Source of the DNA: Candidatus Micrarchaeaceae archaeon
GTDB taxonomy: Archaea; Micrarchaeota; Micrarchaeia; Micrarchaeales; Micrarchaeaceae
Length of the DNA: 10,555 nt
Reading direction: 5' to 3'
Assembly: GCA_050013715.1 (NCBI GenBank)
Contig: JBEKES010000031.1
Span: forward strand, 1-10,555
The first letter of the stretch is position 1, and the number at the start of each line of letters is the position of its first letter. Shown piece after piece: positions 5,977-10,555 of this stretch. Both the position numbers and the translations under genes were made by a program. Under the pieces are notes generated by a model. The model was not told where the DNA came from, ran no database searches, and saw nothing but the letters and a program-made list of their open reading frames with translations.

Positions 5977-6182
5977 TTTATAAATTCTCAAAGCCTGCAC
6001 CGCTTACTTCCATCAAGTGAGGTCTCTGAAAATTTAAATAACCCATAGTTGCAAAACAAAAATACTGTATTCTCTTGCCATGCAATGCATATTTGCGTAT
6101 AAAACTATACACTCACATTTCAGATAAGAATAAATACGTTAATAACAGTAATAATATGTCTAATTTCTATTGGGGGATTATT

Positions 6183-6452
6183 ATGGATAATAAAGAGGTA
6201 GCTGAAGTTATAGACCAAATAAAGAGGCAGATGGACATGCTTCTGAATGATACTAGTGTTCCAAAGAACGTGAAGAGCGCAATAAAGGAAGCAAGGGAGA
6301 ACCTGAACAAGGAAGACGACGATATAGTTAAAGTTTCATCAGCGATATACAACATCGATGCAATAAGCAACGACATAAATCTACCTGCACAGGCAAGAAC
6401 TGCGGTATGGAGCATACTGAGCATGCTGGAATCGATAAAGACCAGCAACTGA
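6183..6452 (+). CDS. UPF0147-family archaeal protein
   Basis: DTSVPKNVK and ISND.NLP..ART.VW.I.S.LES motifs. SD GGGGGA precedes ATG 6183; the track's extension to 6075 is unlikely. Confidence 0.9.
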   Translation: MDNKEVAEVIDQIKRQMDMLLNDTSVPKNVKSAIKEARENLNKEDDDIVKVSSAIYNIDAISNDINLPAQARTAVWSILSMLESIKTSN

Positions 6453-6453
6453 G

Positions 6454-7959
6454 ATGCCTGGTGAAAACACTATCAAGGAACTGGTAAAACAGCTGTCTAA
6501 ATTGGGGCTTCTTGTCTCTGGCGATGTGAATGCCGCAAGCCTTGATGGTTTAGATATAGAAGCAATAACTTCTAGGATAATAGAGCGAAGAGTCGCAGAC
6601 CCTGCAATAAGCATAATCACCAATGCGGACATACAAAACATAATTGAAGAAATAAAGCTCGAAAAGGCTCCTGTTCCCATTGAAATAATTCAAAAACCGG
6701 AATTCAAGGCATACGCATCTGAAATAGACGCAAATTACATCATAACCAACAAGGAAATCGAATTCTCCAATGGAACCGTAGATGAGTTTGTGCAGCATTT
6801 CAGAAGCAGATTAGAACGATTAAGAAGAATAATAGAGCAGCACAGGAATTCATTGAACGGGATGGTGCCGAATCTTGAAAGGCTTAGATCCTATTCTGAT
6901 GGGAGGGAAGTTACAGTTCTTGGCATAATTACTACAAAGACGACAACAAAGAACGGAAACATAATGTCAATAATAGAGGATGAAACTGCAGATGCGAAAG
7001 TAATATTCATGAATGGGACTTCGCAGCAGGGGAAAGACCTGTTCGAAAAGGCAAGGCATCTTGTAAATGATGAAGTCATTGCAGTAAAGGGAAAGATATC
7101 TGGGCCTTTTGTAATAGCAAAGGAAATGATATGGCCCGATGTGCCCATACAGGAAAGGAAAGAGACAGAAGAAGACCTTGCGATAGCGTTCATATCGGAT
7201 ATTCATGCAGGAAGCAAGCAGTTCATGGAGAAGAACTTTTCAAGCTTCATAAGATGGATCAATGGAAATTCCGATGAGCACAAAGAATTGGCAAGCAAGA
7301 TAAAATATTTGATGGTAGGAGGAGACATAGTTGATGGCATAGGCGTGTATCCCAATCAGGACAAGGACCTTGCAATACTGGATATATACGCTCAATACAA
7401 GCTTTTTTTCAACATGATAAGCATGGTCCCGGATTACATACATGTTTTTGTAATACCTGGAAATCATGATGCGGTTCAAAGAGCTGAGCCGCAGCCGCAG
7501 CTAACAAGCGATCTCATAAGCGATTTCAAGGCAGATAATGTGCATATACTTCCAAATCCCAGCTTCCTGACGCTTCATGGTATAAACATACTCGCCTACC
7601 ACGGCACCTCTCTTGATTCGGTAATAGGCGCCATACCTGGCATGAGCTACGCGAAGCCGGAAAAGCCGATGATCGAAATACTGAAAAGAAGGCACTTGTC
7701 TCCAATATATGGAGGCAACATAACAGTTCCCAGCAAGAACGACAACATGGTAATAGATAAAATCCCTGATATTCTGCACATGGGTCACGTGCACAAAAAC
7801 GGCAGCGCAAACTATCATGGCGTTGACATAATAAACAGCGGCACATGGCAGGCGACAACAGACTTCCAGTTAATGAAAGGGCACATCCCAACTCCAGGCA
7901 TTGTTCCTATTTACGAATCAAAGGCAAACAGGTTTACTCATATAAACTTCAACAAGTGA
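6454..7959 (+). CDS. polB: DNA polymerase D small subunit DP1 (3'-5' proofreading exonuclease)
   Basis: OB-fold region followed by calcineurin-like phosphoesterase motifs SDIH.GS, GD.VDGIGVYP.Q, PGNHD, YHG, RRHLSP.YG, GHVH and NSGTWQ..T.FQ. Confidence 0.97.
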   Translation: MPGENTIKELVKQLSKLGLLVSGDVNAASLDGLDIEAITSRIIERRVADPAISIITNADIQNIIEEIKLEKAPVPIEIIQKPEFKAYASEIDANYIITNKEIEFSNGTVDEFVQHFRSRLERLRRIIEQHRNSLNGMVPNLERLRSYSDGREVTVLGIITTKTTTKNGNIMSIIEDETADAKVIFMNGTSQQGKDLFEKARHLVNDEVIAVKGKISGPFVIAKEMIWPDVPIQERKETEEDLAIAFISDIHAGSKQFMEKNFSSFIRWINGNSDEHKELASKIKYLMVGGDIVDGIGVYPNQDKDLAILDIYAQYKLFFNMISMVPDYIHVFVIPGNHDAVQRAEPQPQLTSDLISDFKADNVHILPNPSFLTLHGINILAYHGTSLDSVIGAIPGMSYAKPEKPMIEILKRRHLSPIYGGNITVPSKNDNMVIDKIPDILHMGHVHKNGSANYHGVDIINSGTWQATTDFQLMKGHIPTPGIVPIYESKANRFTHINFNK

Positions 7960-7963
7960 AAGC

Positions 7964-10555
7964 ATGGATTCCAACGAATATTTTGCAGAGCTCAGAAGGC
8001 ATTTCGACCTAGCATATGCAGTTGCATCTGATGCCCGATCAAAAGGCTATGATCCGAAAAATGTTGTTGAGATAAAGCCTGCTCCTGACATTGCCTCAAG
8101 AGTAGAGGGAATAATGGCAATAGACGGACTTGCGCAAATGATAAATGAAGCAGCTCAGGGACGCTCAAGGCAAGAATTAGCATTCCAGATGGTAAGGGAA
8201 ATATGCACCGGAAAAAGATTCGAAAGCAAAACAATCGAGGAGCGGCTTACCATCGGAACAAGAGTTGGCCTTGCAATATTAACTGAAGGGATTGTCGTGG
8301 CTCCAACGGAAGGAATCCAGGGCATAGAAATACACAAGACAACCGATGGCTCCGATTACATAGCAATACTATATGCTGGACCCATAAGGGGCGCAGGCGG
8401 AACAGGAGCTGCCATGTCTGTTGCACTGGCAGATTACGGAAGAAAACTATTGGGCATAGGAGCATATAAGCCTCAGCAATCTGAAATAGAGCGCTACATC
8501 GAAGAAATGCAAATCTATCATTCAAGAATTGCGCGATTGCAGTATTATCCTCCAGAGAGCGATATCCGCACAATACTTGAAAATTGTCCTGTCTGCGTAG
8601 ACGGATTACCTACTGAAAAATTAGAGGTTAATATTCACAGGAACATCAAGCGCCTTGACAAGAATGGGAAAGAGCAGATCATAACTAACAAAATAAGGGG
8701 AGGAATCGGATTGGTGCTCTGCGAAGGAATAGCGCAGAAGGCAAAAAGCGTATTGAAGCACACAAAGGCCAATGACCTTGACTGGAACTGGCTCAACAAC
8801 ATAATAAAAGTCGACAAGGGTCAAACTCCAAAGGAAGATGCAAAGGAAAAACTGAATATGGTATTTTTGCAGGAATTAGTTGCAGGAAGGCCTGTGCTGT
8901 CCTATCCTGGCAGGAATGGTAGCTTTAGATTAAGATATGGTAGATCAAGGCTTACGGGAATAGCCGCAAAGGGCTTCAGCCCTGCTACCATGCTCATACT
9001 TGGCGAATTCATAGCCTGCGGCACGCAATTGAGAATAGAAAAACCAGGAAAGGGCTGTGTTGCAGCTCCTGTGGATACAATAGAAGGGCCTTTCGTAAAA
9101 TTGGATGATGGGGAAGCACTGCGCATCAATGACATAGAAACAGCAAGGAATCTCAAGTCAAGAATAGTGAAAATAATCTCTGTAGGGGACATACTTGTTA
9201 CCTATGGTGATTTCAAGAAATCAAATACCCCACTGCAACCTACAAGCTACGTTGAAGAGTATTGGGAAGCGCAATTGAAGAAAAACGGATACTCGGGAAA
9301 AGTCCCTTCGGAATTATCATTCAAGGAAGCATTTGATATTTCCGCAAAATACAATGTGCCAATGCATCCGCTTTACATATACGATTACACTGACATAACA
9401 GCAAGGGAATTAAATGAGCTTTCAAAAACAATCCAAAGTTCTGAATCGGAAAGCAGTTCAGAAAGCATATTCGACCTAAAGACAATAGAGCTACAAAAGG
9501 AAAGCAATTCTATATCAATAGTTGACGTGCTGGAAAGATTATGCATACCTCACAAAGAAGGCAATTCGTCCATAATAATAAGCAACGACCATGCGCAGAG
9601 CCTTCTTTGCAGCATCGGCCTTGTGGATTCGAACAAATTAAACAAAGACAAGAAAATAATTCATGACGAGAATATGAGTGCGCTTGATGCGGTTAATATC
9701 TCGGCGCCGTTCAAGATAATGAAAAGGGCCACAAGAATAGGCGGCAGAATAGGACGTCCGGAAAAGGCAAAGGAGCGCCTTATGAAACCTGCACCAAGCG
9801 TATTGTTTCCAGTAGCGGAATATGGAGGCAAGGAAAGAAGCATATTCAAAGCCTATAACAATGAGAAGAAGAAATTCAACAACACCGGCATAATGATAGA
9901 TATTGTGAAATACAGGTGCATTGCTGGAAAGGAATTGGTGTATCTTCCCTATTGCAGCAAGCATGATTCCTTTGCGAAAATGGAAAGAGTGTGCACCAGC
10001 TGCGGGAGAACTACTATTGAACCTATCTGCTTGGATTGCGGAGGCAAGGCATTCGCAAGCGAGCTAAGGCCAGTAAACCTGCAGCAGGTAATAGACAATT
10101 CGCTGAAAGGATTAGATATCCTCTCCATAAGCAAGAACCTCAAAGGCGTTAAGGGGCTTTGGAGCAGGGACAAGGTTCCAGAGGCGATAGAAAAAGGAAT
10201 ACTAAGGGCCAATTACAATGTACACATATTCAAGGACGGAACTTCAAGGTTCGATGCCACTGACATGCCCATGACTCACTTCTATCCCAGTGAATCCATG
10301 GTGAAAATCGAGAAATTGATAAGTTTGGGATACGACAAGGACTATTTTGGCAACAAGTTGGAGAACAATGACCAGCTTCTTGAATTGAAGCACCAGGATT
10401 TAGTGATAAACAGGAATGGCGCAGAGCATTTGGTTAATGTTGCAAAATTCATTGACGCGCTGCTTGTAAAATTCTACAAACTTGAGCCATTTTACAACAT
10501 AGGCAACATCGATGACCTTGTGGGTCACTATGTAATAACATTATCGCCGCACACA
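7964..10555 (+). CDS. polC: DNA polymerase D large subunit DP2, 3'-truncated by the window end
   Basis: Manual translation from ATG 7964 is open for 864 codons to the window end: AR.KGYDP...VEI, LAILTEG..VAP.EGI, YAGPIRGAGGT, AGRPV, FRLRYGRSR.TG, GRPEKAKER, KGVKGL, FKDGT.RFD.TD.P.THF, ending GHYVITLSPHT. Confidence 0.97.
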   Translation, partial: MDSNEYFAELRRHFDLAYAVASDARSKGYDPKNVVEIKPAPDIASRVEGIMAIDGLAQMINEAAQGRSRQELAFQMVREICTGKRFESKTIEERLTIGTRVGLAILTEGIVVAPTEGIQGIEIHKTTDGSDYIAILYAGPIRGAGGTGAAMSVALADYGRKLLGIGAYKPQQSEIERYIEEMQIYHSRIARLQYYPPESDIRTILENCPVCVDGLPTEKLEVNIHRNIKRLDKNGKEQIITNKIRGGIGLVLCEGIAQKAKSVLKHTKANDLDWNWLNNIIKVDKGQTPKEDAKEKLNMVFLQELVAGRPVLSYPGRNGSFRLRYGRSRLTGIAAKGFSPATMLILGEFIACGTQLRIEKPGKGCVAAPVDTIEGPFVKLDDGEALRINDIETARNLKSRIVKIISVGDILVTYGDFKKSNTPLQPTSYVEEYWEAQLKKNGYSGKVPSELSFKEAFDISAKYNVPMHPLYIYDYTDITARELNELSKTIQSSESESSSESIFDLKTIELQKESNSISIVDVLERLCIPHKEGNSSIIISNDHAQSLLCSIGLVDSNKLNKDKKIIHDENMSALDAVNISAPFKIMKRATRIGGRIGRPEKAKERLMKPAPSVLFPVAEYGGKERSIFKAYNNEKKKFNNTGIMIDIVKYRCIAGKELVYLPYCSKHDSFAKMERVCTSCGRTTIEPICLDCGGKAFASELRPVNLQQVIDNSLKGLDILSISKNLKGVKGLWSRDKVPEAIEKGILRANYNVHIFKDGTSRFDATDMPMTHFYPSESMVKIEKLISLGYDKDYFGNKLENNDQLLELKHQDLVINRNGAEHLVNVAKFIDALLVKFYKLEPFYNIGNIDDLVGHYVITLSPHT

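Noticed and set aside
3822..5983. Short plus-strand ORFs in the track (3822, 4022, 4368, 4441, 5193, 5230, 5456, 5669)
   Set aside because: Alternate-frame or antisense shadows of well-supported genes.
6001..6182. Replication origin upstream of polD
   Set aside because: No repeated ORB/mini-ORB motifs and no cdc6 in the window. It reads as a divergent promoter region with only short palindromes.
6167..10212. Minus-strand ORFs across UPF0147, DP1 and DP2
   Set aside because: Antisense shadows of conserved core genes, with no motifs.
7964..10555. Intein or frameshift in DP2
   Set aside because: The frame is continuous and collinear with DP2 motifs. The catalytic region, where DP2 inteins are known, lies beyond the window and cannot be assessed.
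1..10555. CRISPR array, IS element or integrase
   Set aside because: No regularly spaced repeats, transposase or recombinase motifs, or terminal inverted repeats with target duplications were seen.

Overview
Archaeal chromosomal window from a PolD-encoding lineage; a DPANN/Micrarchaeota-like origin is my inference, not proven. It opens with a tRNA-Asp(GTC) gene (58-161) carrying a 31-nt intron at a non-canonical variable-loop position. An AT-richer accessory stretch follows: a small protein resembling a stand-alone bacterial sigma-70 region 4, an orphan ORF (both preceded by a shared degenerate ~41-bp element), a VapBC toxin-antitoxin pair with palindromic operators, and a zinc-dependent deaminase. 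Next are two converging gene sets: erythrin-VIT1 fusion plus a membrane protein (+), and VIT1/CCC1, DinB and a PIG-L deacetylase (-). The right half is a core operon of UPF0147, PolD small subunit DP1 and PolD large subunit DP2; DP2 is absent from the ORF track because it runs off the window. All family calls come from motif recognition by eye; no searches were run.
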